Below are positions 35,201-49,401 of a stretch of DNA of 64,000 bases, piece by piece. Source of the stretch: Candidatus Omnitrophota bacterium (GTDB taxonomy: Bacteria > Omnitrophota > Gorgyraeia > Zapsychrales > Fredricksoniimonadaceae); contig JADFZK010000003.1 of NCBI GenBank assembly GCA_015232565.1, positions 540-64,539 on the forward strand. The letters run 5' to 3'. The notes below the pieces were generated by a model. It saw only the letters and a list, made by a program, of their open reading frames with translations, was not told the origin of the DNA and did no database searches. Within the stretch, counting starts at the first letter, position 1; every line of letters starts with the position of its first letter. Position numbers and translations under genes: made by a program.

Positions 35201-35699
35201 CAACCAACCCGCAGGCCCTCCAGGAGGTCGCGCATAACAGCCTCGTCAGAGATCGCTTCATTAGCCGGGGCATAGAACGTTGCTGTTAACCCGTCGCTAA
35301 AATACGTTACCTCACCCTCCGACACCCATACTCCCGGCAACTCGGCATGCGGCTTGAATCGTAACCGGGCCAGAAGATCGGCCTGCAAGTTAAGGCCATT
35401 TGCATAATAGAACTCGCCGCACGCAAAACGACCGGCCGAATACTGGGGATTATGATAATTACGGGAACATTGCACGGGATCCACCAGAACAGTGCCCGGC
35501 AAAGGATCGGCCTGAATAAGACTGGAAGCGGCATCGTTCTGAACGCGGATATATGGCCCCAGCGTTTTCTCCAAAACAATAATCTGGCCCGCATAGCCCC
35601 GCGCAACCACCACCACCGGCCCCGTAACCCCTTCCGGCGGCGTAGCTCCCAGAGCAATGGGCGAACGCGCCAGAACGCGCCGCTCGGTTAGTGCGTCCG

Positions 35700-36360
35700 C
35701 CGGCCGGGTTAATTTATTGAAGAAATACCCGATATCGGGCCGAACCTGGACAATGATCAGCTCATCGCCTTCTAAGCCCCACTCTATATCCAAAGGCACT
35801 CCAAACAGCTCGGTAAGAATTCTGCCGGCTTTTTGCACTCGGCGAGCCTGCTCCGGAGTAAGAAGGGGCCGGTCTGTAAACGCCCCGGCCGAATCGAAAG
35901 TTTCCACGGTAGAGTCCGCACCCGGGCCGTCGAAGATAACATGCCACACCTTTGCCGAACCCTCCACCGCCTGCCGGGCATCGCCGGCTATCGCTTCCAG
36001 GCACATCTTGCCATAACGATGCGTCATCAAAGTGCCGGAGGCATTAAACTGGTGCTTGACCTGAATAAGGACCCCCAGGCCCTCCTGCGGCATAAGCAGG
36101 AACGGTATGCCCACAACCGGCCTGGCACCGTTCTGGCTCAGCCAGATCACGCGCACCGCCTGCACAAATACCTGGGCAACAGCGTCCACCACCTGGCTCA
36201 CCGACTGGCAGTCTACCGACACAAAACAACCGGTAAGATTGCGCACAAAATTATCACCCCACACTTCGCTGGACCGCACAATGAGCGGTAGGCTGGGGTT
36301 GAGCTCACAGCAGCTTAAAGAATATTCGATCGCTCCGGGATTGAATTCCATCCCCAGGAT
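35700..36360 (-). CDS. PPDK_N/PEP-synthase-like nucleotide-binding domain (segment of a larger protein with two TM helices near 37400-37500)
   Basis: LIVRSSEVWGDNF at about 36240-36275 verified; PLDIEWGLEGDELIIVQVRPD C-terminal signature. Confidence 0.45.
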
Positions 36361-38269
36361 CAGAACCTCCAGCCGGGCAAGCGTAGCCGCGGAAACCCGG
36401 CCATTGGCTTTACGATCCGCCTCGATCAGGCGATTGCCTTCCTCTACTATTCCCGTGTTTAACTCAATAAAACTCCGCCACAGGTCCCACTCGCCACGAT
36501 CCTGACGCAACATCGCCCGAAAATGATCATAAGCCGGAAAGCGTATTACCTTACTGCCGATCCGAAAACCGCCGGCTTCCTGCGCATCCTCCATAAGGAT
36601 ATCCCACGCACTCTTGGAACCATAATCCCAGCACAACTCCCTATGCCGCCGGTATATTGTCAACGCGGTTACCGCAAAAGCTTCGCTGTTTTCAGCAGTA
36701 GTATCCGGATTAACTTGATGGTGAGCCAGGGAAACCAGGGTCATCAATAGTTCAAGGCGATACTCCGGGCGGAATAAATCTTGAGCCAGATGCATCACTA
36801 GCTCACCAAGCGGATCTTTACGTAAAACACCGAACAGTTCCAGCATTTCTCCACGCCGGACCGCGAGCGATCCCAAAGCAAGCAAAGCTTCCGCTACCGG
36901 TCGATCTTTCATAAACAATACATGCGCCGCTTCAGCCAGGCATTCAGTTAAATATGTTTTGTCCGAGGCCACTAATTCAGTGTTCTTATCAGTAATAACC
37001 TGAATTCGCGCAATCTTCGCCTGCTGATCCCCGGGCAGGGAATTCTTTGGGCGCGTGCGATATGAACTTGAGCTGTTGTTTTCTGCCAGCGGTAAGGCCA
37101 TGGCTAAAGCATAGCCCGGGTTTATAAGGCCGCTGGATAACAAGCGCGGCAGATCGAATATAGCATGCAGAAAATTATTCCAGCGGTGCTTCCGCACAGC
37201 CTGGTCCTCAGGCAGATCAATAGTGTAAGTGAAGAGTGCTTTAAGGGCCGCGCGGTCGGCGGCAGGATGATCCTTTAGAATGCGTTCAATAACCTGTTCT
37301 TTTGTTACGCCGTCCTTTAACTGCCGGCGCATATCGGCTTCTTCGGGCGGCGGAGCCAGTCCGCAGGAAAGCAGCAGGGCCACACAAAAGCAAAACAACC
37401 CCAGGTACAGAAACGGCGCCACAATACAGGTCAGGCCAACCGACAGACACAACAAGAACCCGCCCGCGGCTACTGCCAGCCAAAGATATGATATCCCGAT
37501 CAAGATCTCATAAACTGTCCGTAAACCGCCAGACTTCATTCCAAGCGCGGAGCCAGCGGCCAGCGCATCCGGATTCTGCGGAGCGCTCTTTTCCTGCCAC
37601 AAGGCCCACCCCGACGTCCAATTATTTAACAACCATTTATTTTGCTCCAACCGGGATACTTCCTTCCCGATCTCCTGCAAACGATCCCCGTAACTCTGCA
37701 GTTCCAGCGCGCTACGGTCCGGATCCCAGGCTTTGAGGATCCTTTCGATCCAGTGCAATTCATGAGCCAGAAACCTCCGGGCCTGGAGCTTTTCCACTTC
37801 TTCACGAGGCAAGGACAGAATGTGCTTTTGCAACCACCGGTAGGGCGGATACAGCCTGGAGTTATACCGTGCATCCGGAAGCAAATGATCCACCCTGATA
37901 CCAAATCTTATTATTCTGCTGGCTACCCAGGCTTCGGAGAAACCCAGCCATTGCGCAGTTGACTCCAGCGTGGCCCCTTCGTGCACCGCCCGGTACAAGG
38001 CCAGACGAATCAGGATGTCCTGTAATTGCCGATACGTGGGCATATCCTCAGGCATTACATGCAAACCGTTCTGCACTCCCATACCGTTCTTGAGGCTCTC
38101 ACGATACTCCGGGTTGGTAAATCGGGTATTCAGTATTGTGCCGATGTTCCGTACGTCACAACCCAGCCGGGAGGCCATTTCCTTTTCATTGGGCCAGCAA
38201 CTGGAAACCAGCTCGAGCACCAATAAGCACCAGGCCTCGTCGAAAGTATACTGCACCGGAGTGCGCGCC

Positions 38270-38400
38270 GGCTGTGAATGCCTGGCGGCGGCAGACAAAC
38301 CCAGGGAATTCTCTATTCCCAGCAAACACTGAACCGGGGTCCGCACCGGCTTTAAATGACTGGCGGCGGCAGACAAGAGCAGAGCATTTTCTATTCCCAG
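38270..38400. repeat. Tandem ~60-bp repeat (x2) inside coding sequence
   Basis: …ctattcccagcaaacactgaaccggggtccgcaccggc… duplicated; encodes LLGIENALLLSAAASHLKPVRTPVQ / LLGIENSLGLSAAARHSQPARTPVQ. Confidence 0.5.
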
Positions 38401-38599
38401 CAAACAAGGATCATGCGCAGTGCCAATGACCACGCCCGCGGCTCGAAGGTCCTCCACGGTTAATCCGCCGCGTGCGATCAAACGGTCGAGCGCATACCGC
38501 TTCATATAATTCGCCTGACGGATCTCCTGAAGAGTAGCATTCACCCCCGGCGGCACCATTGCGATCATTACCTCCAGTAAGCTTAAAGCCTTTGCCCGC

Positions 38600-41286
38600 C
38601 TTTGCGCATTCGGCTGGCCATGGACCAGATAAACCCCGATCCGCTCCAGGTCGGCAGTAGCAACTCCCAGGTCATGAAGTTTCTTGCTAAAAGCCGTCGG
38701 GCCCAGACCCAGTTTTTGCGCCAGCCGAACCTGATTACAACGTTGGCCTCGGGGCACCTCCTGCACATAAGAAGTCAACACGCCAAGAAACACTTGTTTT
38801 CTGATCTCGCACAATTCAGCAGATTCCACCGACGCCTGTCCCAGGCGCACTTGCCGCCCTTTAGCGGCGGCAAACCTGGCTTCCAGGCGCGCGTGTTTCT
38901 GGCAGATCACGATTTCATCCCGCACGCTTGGATTGCTTCTATGGGTCTGTTCATGGCCTGCCACATACCCGGGCTTTCTCAAATATAGGAATGCCGGATG
39001 ATACAAAATTTTATTGAACAGAACATAGCTCTCGCGGTTCGGTAAGAACGCTCCTTCGGGGAAACCCGCGCCCGGCACCAGAGCCACCGGAACGCTTTCC
39101 CAGTCTGATTCATTAAAAACACTTGAAGGGCTGACCGCCGCCAGCCAGCGCCGGAAAGCATCCAGGATATCACTACGAATATAGGCATAATAGCTCGCCT
39201 CTTTAACCAGGCGCAGTTGGTTAAATACACGCACCGCTTCCGCGCATAACGCGGCGGTCAGAGTGCCCGCGGGTACCTGGGTGGTGTCCGTAACCGGCAA
39301 TTTTGCACTGCGACCGGGCGACCGGCGCCTAAAGAGCGACAGAACCGGGCCCAGGAGAATTAATGAACTTTGTTTTACGGGCACCGCCGGATCTTCGTTC
39401 TCCGCCGGAACCTCGTGCTTTAAGACCACCTGCGCATCAAATTCCTGGTCGAACCGGGCTTTCTGGGGCTGAGGAATGACAATGAAAACATAGGTCCCGA
39501 TAGCGCCGTTAGTAACAAAATACTGGCCCGGAGAATGCACCCGCGCCACCGATACTTCCAGCACCCGGCCATTACCCGCCGCCACAAAGGCACGTCCGCC
39601 GGACAGGAAAACCATATGACTACGTGCCGAGGCATCGGTAACCAAATAATCGGCAGCTTCCCCACCCGGCCAGTCGATACGGCAAACATGCACCACTTTA
39701 TCCCGGCTGATGCCGGGCACCCGGGCCATCACCCGTAAAGCCGCGATCTCCCGGCAATTCTTGATCTGAAACATAGACTCGTTAACGATCTGCTTATACG
39801 CCGCCCGGGAGCCGGTCAAATCAAAATATAATTGGCAGTGGTTCTGAACGATCGTACTGCTGTAAACCCGGGTCCGCAAGGCGCGCTCTTCCGCCGCTGG
39901 CCCGGACGACAGGATTCCCGGCATCCAACACCATATAGCCAACATCAGGGAAACAAAAGGCACCGCGATCAATAACAATACTTCGGGCAGGGCTTTTCCG
40001 GAAACTGAGGAACTGGCTTCAATGGAAGGAACAGCGCGCGTTAAAACTTTGTACCCAGGCGGCGCGGTAGCGGCATACTTTACGGCCTGCTTCAGTATCG
40101 CAGGATGTATGTCAAAATCCAAAGCCGAACCCTGGGCTTCTTTCTGACTTTTTAAGACCAGCAGGACCTGGGCCAGCCAGTAAAGGTTAAACCTTCTTTG
40201 CGGAATTGCCTTGGCCCAGGACTGCAGGTCAAAACCCACATCGGCGTGCACCCGGTTAGACCAGGAATTAATGGTCTGCGCTGCAATTCCCAGCACTATC
40301 GCAGCTTGTCTTTTGTTTTGCGCCTTGGTGGCCAGCGCCATATAGCGCAAACAATCCTGCACCTCTTTCCATACGATGCCCTCCGGAAGATCCGGGAATT
40401 CTTCATAAACCAGACGCCGGTCGATCGCGATCTCATTCCAATTTATCAAAGTTATACGCAATACACCTATAGCCTCGGCAGCCCCCGCCATACTGTCGGG
40501 ATAAACTTTTACAGCGCGGCTAAACATAACAGCCTTAATGGCCAATTCCAGCGGCGCGATCCGGTCATGGCCCGGCCCGGTATTAATAACGTCGGACAAC
40601 GGCTCCAGCACCGCGCCAAACCCGTTAAAAGGGCGCCTGCGGAAGATCGTGTGCGAAGCACTACGCGGATCTGCTCCGTACAAAGCTCGACCATAAACCA
40701 AAACACTCCCCTCGTTGGCAGGTTTCGGCACAAGAACCAACCCGCCCTGGGCTTGTATAAACTCTTTGTACGACCTCAGGCCGCGGATCTCCAGTATACG
40801 ATTGCCGCATCTTACCTGGGCTACCCCGTCGGCCCGCACCTCGTCGGTAAAAACATATGGCCCGGGAACACGCTTCCCCACACCTCGTACCCAGTCAATA
40901 AATTCCAGCTGTTCGAGGCTTAACGCATAACAACCCGCTCCCGGGATCTGCAATAACTCCCGTACCACCCGGGCCTGGCCTGCCAGATCAATATAGAACA
41001 CTCTAACATGAACGCCATACACCGGATGTTGCGCAAAAGAGACCAGATACCTGTTCGGCATCCAGGGCTGGCCATCCCGCTCTTCCACCGGATGGACCGC
41101 CACTGCCTGTTGCCACGCCAAAGAAGCTATTATCACAAAAGGCCGCTTCTTGTTTCTGATCGTCTTCCAGGTAATACCCACCGACAATGCTCCCTCGACC
41201 ACCGCAGTGCTTTCATTGTGCGCATAAGCTGCCAACGCCCGGCGTAACGCACTGTGATCAGGCGCCGAAGACCTCTGCTCAGACAT
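38600..41286 (-). CDS. Large hypothetical protein (~900 aa) with possible HTH segment near its C-terminus
   Basis: ATG at 41286-41284 verified (MSEQRSSAPDHSALRRALAAYAH…); QVRLAQKLGLGPTAFSKKLHDLG resembles an XRE-type HTH. Confidence 0.3.
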
Positions 41287-44200
41287 TCTTCGCACTGGAT
41301 TATTTGGCTCAACCACCGCGGGAACGATACCATTCTGCTCTGGAGTCCCTTGCACACGGTCTGGCGCAAGATCTTTATGTCCGGGGGGCACCTCTTCAGG
41401 TTTATCCGCCGATAAACCGTCAGGCCAGAATAATTTTAGCGGTGTAGCCAGGAAAGCCATCAGCTCCGGAAGCGTAAACCTGCAGCGCTGTGTATCCAAT
41501 ATCGCAAAAGCTCCCCGGCCATATAAGAATACATCCTTGTCATATTGGAAATGCAGTTGCTCGGTGTGTTTTTCCTCGGTAGTCGACGGGTCGGTCATCA
41601 GGAAGAATTTAAAGACCGAAGCATATTCTTTCGAATAACGCTCATATCCATGAGCCAGCGCTGCGGCTTGAGCGCGAGCCGCGGGTCCCTCGCGGTCATA
41701 ACCATAAAGCCTTAAATGTGCCCGGTAGTTCGCGAACCGCTGGACGGTTTCAACGTGCGCTATTATCCGCAACCGGGGCTCGACCACCAGCCAGGGCAAA
41801 CGGTAACATAAAATAAGACCCACCGCCGCCCCGCATAACCCATAAACCGCGCCGCCCATCAGCGCTCCCGCTATCCCGAAGGCCCACCAAAGCGGACGCG
41901 GCTTGAGTGCACGGATAAAATTGCGCTTATTAACATCCAGGATCGCCAGCGGTAAAGAGAGACCCAGGAATTGCATAAGTTCCTGCGCCCGGTCCCGCAC
42001 CAGATGCTGACGCCAGGCCCGGCTGACCTTCAATTGCTCCGCCGGACGCTTAAGCAAACTGTCGATCCGGGGATCTGGCGCCACGGGTACATTTCGGTTG
42101 GCAAGCTGCCCCAGAATGGCGCTCTCCCAGAACATGTCCAGACGGTAGAAACCGCCTTCCTCAACCACTCTTAAAGGCCGGCGGCCTAACGACCAATCGA
42201 TCACATTGATATTGAGTACCGAAGGCGGATTCAGCCCTTTACCGCGAAAATAATGTAAAGCCCGCTGAATACGCAAGTCCAAATAATATTTCCAGATATT
42301 ACCAGCCTCCCAATAAGAGTCCCTGGCAATCCCCATGAACGATTTGACCATCACCGGGTAAAACCCGCCCGGAATACCCAGACTGTTCACTACTGGAACA
42401 TTGATCAGAAAGTCTATCTCAACAGGGAGTTGGCCATCGAGCTGAAAACCGGGAACTTGCGCCAACCTTGCTGATCCACCATTAACTGGCAGAAAGCGGC
42501 GGTCACCACGGAAAATATTAACCCCAAAAGCCACGACCGCTGCCGGGACACGGTTCCCGGAATGCCGAACCAGCCAGTCGGCCGCCTGCAACTCGGCCAG
42601 GGCACCGCGCCGGTCATTCCGCTCCTCGGACCCCAGGCGCGCAACCAAATACTCGATCCCCGGAACTCGGTCTTCCCAAAACCTTTCCACCATTCGCAAC
42701 ACTTGCGGTTGCAAAGTCTTCAAAACAGGCAATATCCTTTCTCTATCAATAACAGTTATTTCAGCTCGATGATCTCCGTGCAAGGCATTGGAATTCCGGA
42801 TCAAATATTCCTCCGGGGTACAATCCCGCCCCCCGCTATTCGGCACTTTTGTAAATACGCCAAAACGCTGTGTAAGGCCGGCCAGACATGCGGCGTAGAC
42901 CGGATTCTTTTCGCCCAATGCCATACTAACGTCCAGCAAAGCACTAACCAGCCGGTGCTCCAAAGCAATATGCAAACCCCAGGCTGTTCCGTCCAAAGTC
43001 TTTACAAAATATCTTTCATAACTGATCGCAAACTGTACTGTAAGGCACAAAGCTTTCTTTAACCGGCCAGCAGTACTTTGCCTTTCATCAGCGGAAAGAC
43101 CCTCCCAGATCCGATACGCAGCCAGGCCGCGCAAAGCCGAGACGATAAAAAGCGAATGACTCTGCCGGAAATACTGATCTGTCAACTGCTGGTCGATCAG
43201 ACGGCCGGCAGTATCCCGATCGCCAAAAGATACCGCCCAACCTGTTCGCCCGGTGGGCACACACTCACGGCCGGCTTTAACCGCCTCGCTTAACTTCCTG
43301 GAAGGCGCCGCGATATCCGCCACAATATGCCGGCAAAGCATGAGCAGCCCCAGGCGCGGCTCTTTCCAGGACTGGAATAAAGGCCGGTCATTCTGCCGAA
43401 TACACCCGCCAGCCGAACGCGTTTGCGCCAGGCGGTCGATAAGCGGCCGGAAATATTCGCGCAGTTGTCTTTCATGTTCATTTATCGCCTGCTCCAAAGA
43501 CAGCGCTGTTAATGCCGTAAACCCGGCCTCGGCAATTGCTATCTCCTCATCCGACGGCTCCCGCCAGCGGATCATATCGCGGTCAAAGACCTGGTCGTGC
43601 AGCCGGGCCAGGTCCCGTGCCGAGAGCCCCTGGAACAACCAGGCAGTTTCGGTAACCGCCACGATACGCAACAGCCGCAGAAGCCTTTCTGTATTAAGCT
43701 CGAAAATAGCCAGTTTTAATTCCTCCCGCCAGATCGGCAACATTAACGGGAACGGATCGCCGGGGCTTTGCCCGGGAGTTGCACTATCCGTAAAATTTTC
43801 CCACCAGTCATGCCGCCCATATTCATATGCCCAGCAATTAGGGAACGAACCAGCTGGTGGATGACATTTATTATCTTCCGCAGGCTTAGCCAATGGCGCC
43901 GGCGTCGGAACAGTATTTGATTGATTTGACTTTGGTAAGTTAGCACCGGAGGCATCGCCCGCAGATGCACGCTCATTGCCTGACGCCAATGATATACAAC
44001 AACCCATACCGAGAAGAATGCCGGAATCCTGGCCATAACCCAGCAAGCAAGACCCCAACCAGGCAATGCCAAGAACAAAAGGAATCAGGGGCACAGAAGA
44101 AGCGGCTTGGGATACTAACTTTACGACGGCTTGCACAATGCCTTCAATTTTTGAACGCACAAAGTATTCCGGTCTATCCCGCGGTAAATGCATGCCCTGT

Positions 44201-45877
44201 CTTAAGTGGCCCTTGAATTCCGGGAGGCCTAAAGCCGCGGCAATAGTGGCGCTTCCGGGAATAGTCATCCCCACATTTAATGAACACAAGAATAGGGAGA
44301 CCGCATTTAATGCTTTAGGAGTGAACTTACTACTGCCATATTGAGCCACCACACGGCCATACTCGGTTTCGATCAAGTCGTCAAGACTTAAACCATCAAC
44401 TGTAGAAGATTGCTTCAATAATGTACTCGATTCAATGAACAAGAATCTCTTTATTGCAAGTATCGCCGCGCCGGCGTTCCCCAGTTGTAAATACCGGCGG
44501 GCAATACCCATCTGCCGTACAGACCTTTCATGAACATGATGCTGAGCCACCACATATTCAGCAAAATTATTCGGCAAAGCGAAACCCTTGAAATCATGTT
44601 CATCACCGGCGCCGATCTTGGCTCCCAATGCAAAATCTGCCGGATCGCTTACTGATGAATACCACAAGACCGATTGAACATACATCTGGTAACACACTTC
44701 CAGGAAACGCGGTATCAGCATTCTCTCCACTTCATTCAATTGCCCATCTTCCCCGAGGCCATCAAACAAACGATCCATCTTACGGTCAATTACACCAGGA
44801 GCATCCATGGCTCGCAGAATTACATTGCGCACAATGAACTTCTCCGCATCGGTAAAACCACATGCTTCCAATGCCGCATTCTCAACAATGCACTTCAGCA
44901 AACTGCGCAATTTCTTGGACTCAGTAGCTACCGCCATATTGAACAAAGCGGGATGCTCCAACATAAATTGTTTCCCAGCTGGCGAATGGATCAGGAACGC
45001 ATACAACTGATAATAATTCGCCGGCAGGAAATTAACGCCCCATCTGGCTTCTTCCGGATGCTCCAACAGATAGCGCGTACTGTCGGACAAAGATTCAACA
45101 CCGCCGGTAATTGCCGCACATACAGAGCTTAGCTCGTGATTGCCGTTCTCAACTTTAATCCGGGCGCTATCATACATTCGGTTAAACATGGCCGTGAATC
45201 TCTGAACATCGTCGAGAGAACTCAAAAGGACAAAAGGTATCCGATGATCGATCCGGCAGATCATAAGGGAAGCCCGGTACCAATCCGGCAGCTGTTCAAG
45301 ATGAAGGACCACAACATCCGGACGGAAACGCCGGATCTGGCGTTCCAGTTCATTATTGAATTCCAATATCAAAGCCTTAACAACCAGGCCTTTATCCTGG
45401 GCACGAAGAGTTCGCAGCAATTTATCGGTGGGAACGCCTCTCTGCGCCAGTACCAAAACCCTCCGCCGGGCCGGCACCCCCGGCGATGCCACCGACAGGC
45501 CAATGCCAAGAGCGCCGCAAAGCATACCGGCGTCATGGCCGTAACCTGTCAGATACCCCAGCAGGCACAATGTGCTGGCGATGGGCAAGAGCGCGTAAGT
45601 CAGCATCGCCGCGATGCGTGGCAACTTTTTGCCAGCACTCCGCTTCCAGGCATCCCATAATATTCCGCCCAAACCAATGACTGCCACGACATTACTGGGA
45701 TCCAGCAAATTTGACGATGGTGTTTGCACAGCAGGTTTTGATGATACGGGAAGGTCGTTAAGGGCGCGTAAAGATGAAGCATCCGGCAATACTGTTAAGG
45801 TAACATAATGCTCAACTGCGCCCTGGATCTGCTCAGCGATAGAACGATCCGCGGACACAGCGAGCTCGAACACCGTG

Positions 45878-45940
45878 CCGGAGCTGGACCTTTCCGGCAG
45901 GATGCCGGGTCCAGCGAAGTGCCGGTCCCAGTCAGACCGG
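45878..45940. repeat. Hairpin repeat element (same family as 18043-18149)
   Basis: ccggagctggacctttccggcaggatgccgggtccagcgaagtg plus ccggtcccagtcagaccgg. Confidence 0.6.
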
Positions 45941-45944
45941 CCGG

Positions 45945-47300
45945 TCATCTCCGGGGGAGCGCGGCGGCCGATGATCGCAAAGAGCCAGTCCAGATCCATT
46001 CGTGACACAGCATATTCCTGCCCGCGGAACGTGACCTCGGCGAAATACACCCCGCCGGCGCCTAAAGTAAAACTTAAGCGCGGCCAAGCCTCGCCCGTAA
46101 CAACCGCGATCCGCGCCAGGCCAAAAAGCTTCTGCTCCAAAGTTTGCGTGTCTACCGCGCACTGCCGTGCAAGTTCCAAAGCCTTCTGCCGCTCGGCTTC
46201 TTGCGCGGCGGGTGAATCCGGGAACAATTGCGCACAGAAATCTTTAGGCAACATCTCAAGGAGTTCTTTGTCCGACACGGTCTCACCGGACAAGCCGGCC
46301 TGATTCAATGATTCTGACAATCTATTGAGTTTGGCCCGTAATTGTATCAATTCTTCAGGCTTACTCCGAATATAGTACGGCGGCATTGACTGCCGCGATT
46401 CTACGTAATAAGCATGCGCATGCTCACCTTTAGCCGCAAATTTCCAATTGCGGATATTGCGCCAATAATCTAGCCACAACTCGTTTGCCGTGCTAATCGG
46501 CCCAGGTATTTCAACCATAGAACGCAAAATCTTCACGGGCATCCCTATTTTGGCATTCCCAACCACCTGCTTCCACCGGAGAATAGCCTCACATACCCCC
46601 GCCAGTCGTTCGGCCATCTTCTCGGCTTCTTCGGGCTTCCAACCCATCTCTCTTGTCAAGTCCTGGAACAAGACACTCCGTCGACGAACTTCCGCTTCAT
46701 AAATGCCCCATTCACGGCTATCAGGTATACGACCATTATCTTCTTTGAAGAAAGCTTCAAACGTGTTTCGTGTCATTAGTGAGCCAAAACTCTGAACATA
46801 TGGCATTCCGTAGTAGGGATCAGAAACCAGAACCCTAAATCTTTCGGAGAAACCACGATATTCAACTGAAGGTTCAAAGATCTCAACCAGTTTCCGGACC
46901 TTCGTAACATCAAAAACATCCAAACAAGAACCACCAATATTATTTTCGAATATTGTCTTATCGAACCGAGGCATATTGCACGCGATCAACGGCCTTGCAT
47001 CATAATTTTCTGCCGACGAACAATTCCCCATAACTGCGATTCGACCAATCCCGTACAAAGCATCGCAAACCTTCGGGGAAACAATAACTCCTATACGCGC
47101 CTTGAACGCGCCAAACAATGTTGCCGCGGCGGCCTCGACAGCCGCTGGTTGAGCCGCACTCATGGGCAATGCCGGAACGACCCCGACTGCGGCGGCGATC
47201 TGGCTGGATTGTTTAAGAAAGCTCCGGCGAGATATTCCGCGGTTCAGCCACTTGACCGCATTGGCCAGGGCCTGTATGAACACTTCACGAATATTTCGCT
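45945..47300 (-). CDS. Tat-signal protein, duplicated-module copy 1 (paralog at about 52050-53430)
   Basis: GISRRSFLKQSSQIAAAVGVVPALPMSAAQPAA signal at about 47215; C-terminus …GAGGVYFAEVTFRGQEY…; start uncertain. Confidence 0.4.
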
Positions 47301-47649
47301 CGGGACCCGGCACCTGGGCCTCGGATGAACCAGCCTCTCTATTGCGCGGAGCCAGAAGAGCCTGGATGGTACCACGCAATGAACGGCGCACGGGCTGCGA
47401 CCGGGGCAGTTCACGCCGGGCCGACACTGGTACAACAACCGCACCATTAGAAAGGCCCGCATCCACAACAGCGCTTTGCGAAGCTGTAACCACCATCTGC
47501 GCAGGCTTCAGTATACGCGCAAAGAATTCACGTCGATCTGCATTATGCGCAGGCACTGCCGCGGAACTTCTTAACGCGGCCGGGCGATGCAGTATTAGCA
47601 CTGAGAAGCCGTAGAGAATAGCGCCGGCTGTAATTAGCGCCGGACAGCC

Positions 47650-48990
47650 CAGCGCCGCGCCCACTGCCGCAATGAACGCTCCGGGACCGATATATGTTAC
47701 AGAGTCGCCGGCCGATTCTTCTTCCGAGCTATTACCAGTGCCCGTGGCAAATTCCCAGACGCCGGTATTATTGCGCCAGTCAGTCTCCATGCGCTCTATG
47801 GCTTCTTCTTTCAGGAGTTTAACACGCTGATATTCAGCCTCATTCCTGGCCTCTTCTTCATGATACCTCTCACAGAAATCTTTTTCCGCTTGTATTCTGG
47901 CTTCTTCCCTGCGCAATTGCTCAATATATGCATCTTGGTGCTTATTAAACCACGGATTTGAAACCAATAACCCAGGATCCATTCCACGAAGTATCTGATC
48001 AACCGCGACAACTCCAGGGTTATCAGGATGCTCACGCGAAAGCTCTCTGACCCTGCCATGACTCATGCCCTTTAGATGCAGATAGACCTTTCGTGCTTGA
48101 TGAGCCGCTACCATATATCGATATTTATCCCCTTCCTCCTCAAATGGCAGGTCAAAACCGAACCGGTCCTTAAGCCCAACCACTGCTTTGCCAAAATCAA
48201 TTCCTTCAAAAGTACGCATTGTTTGATAACTAAAACCGGTATATCTTGCTCCGGGAGAAACGGTTACAATTTCGGGGGTTTCAACCGCTATGGCCATGCG
48301 ATCGGCCAGTTCCCGGTTCGATTGGCCTATCCCCAACGTGAAAAAACCATCGACAATAGTCCGGAACTGTCTTACTGTCGGCACCTGGAAAGCAGGGTCG
48401 GCCAATTTTGCTTGAAGAGCCAAACGACAAATAGTGAAACAATCCTGTTCCACATTCACAACTCTCCCAAGGTCTATACCCTGTTGACAAGGTTTCACCA
48501 TGCCATCCAAATGAAATGTCACCGCTCCTAATACCTGTAATTTCTCCCACGAAAGATTCTTCAACCACGCCGGCGTGAACGATGCCCCTTGCACCATAAC
48601 CGACGGATTAGCCAACACGGCGCCAGTGAGCACGCTGGCGCTTCTCAGGAACCCCTTGCGCCCGGCGCGGAACTGAAGATCTGCCCACACTGCGCGCGCG
48701 AGTTCTTGTTCCGGCGTTATCATGGCCAAAGCTTCACGATTCAGCCCCATCTGACGAACCATCCGGTTGAGAGCGGCTTCACGGGACGCGTTTCCAAATA
48801 TCAGCTCGGCAATGTCCGCCGCAACACGGGCCACCGGATCGCTGAATAGATTACGGATCCGCCAAGCCAGGCCCGGCGCCTGTACCAAACGCTCCAATTC
48901 CGCAACCCCCGCCTTCATCCATCCCGCCACCAATTCATCAGGTGAAATATTTATGGAGCGTGATGCCGGGGCTACCGGTACATTAGCCAT
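47650..48990 (-). CDS. Hypothetical protein present in only one copy of the duplicated module
   Basis: ATG at 48990-48988 verified (MANVPVAPASRSINISPDELVAGW…). Confidence 0.35.
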
Positions 48991-49170
48991 GCCCATCAGC
49001 GCCGCAGGCACAATGGCGGCCAGGACCACCGGGATCCACACAGTCCAACCGCCTTCGGCAAATCCGCAAGTGAATATTACGATCAAAGCCAAAGAAACGC
49101 CCCGCAGGAGCCGGGCGTTGACAAGGCCCGTCAGGCGTGTTAGATTCAAACTAACCGGAAGGACAACATT

Positions 49171-49398
49171 ATGGTAAAACATTTCAAAGCGATCATTGAA
49201 CAGGAAGCCGATGGCGGCTACTCGGCACATGTTCCGATCTTCCCCGGCTGTGCGACCCAGGGTGAGACCCTCTCCGAATGCCTGGCTAATATTAAAGAAG
49301 CCGCCACTCTTTACGCCGAATCCCTTATCGAGGACGGTATCCCCCTGCCGTCCGTTGAACCCGAAGTTATGTTGCAGAACATCGAAGTAACCGTATAA
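49171..49398 (+). CDS. hicB: HicB-like antitoxin
   Basis: MVKHFKAIIEQEADGGYSAHVPIFPGCATQGETLSECLANIKEAATLYAESL. Confidence 0.65.
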   Translation: MVKHFKAIIEQEADGGYSAHVPIFPGCATQGETLSECLANIKEAATLYAESLIEDGIPLPSVEPEVMLQNIEVTV

Positions 49399-49401
49399 CA
49401 A

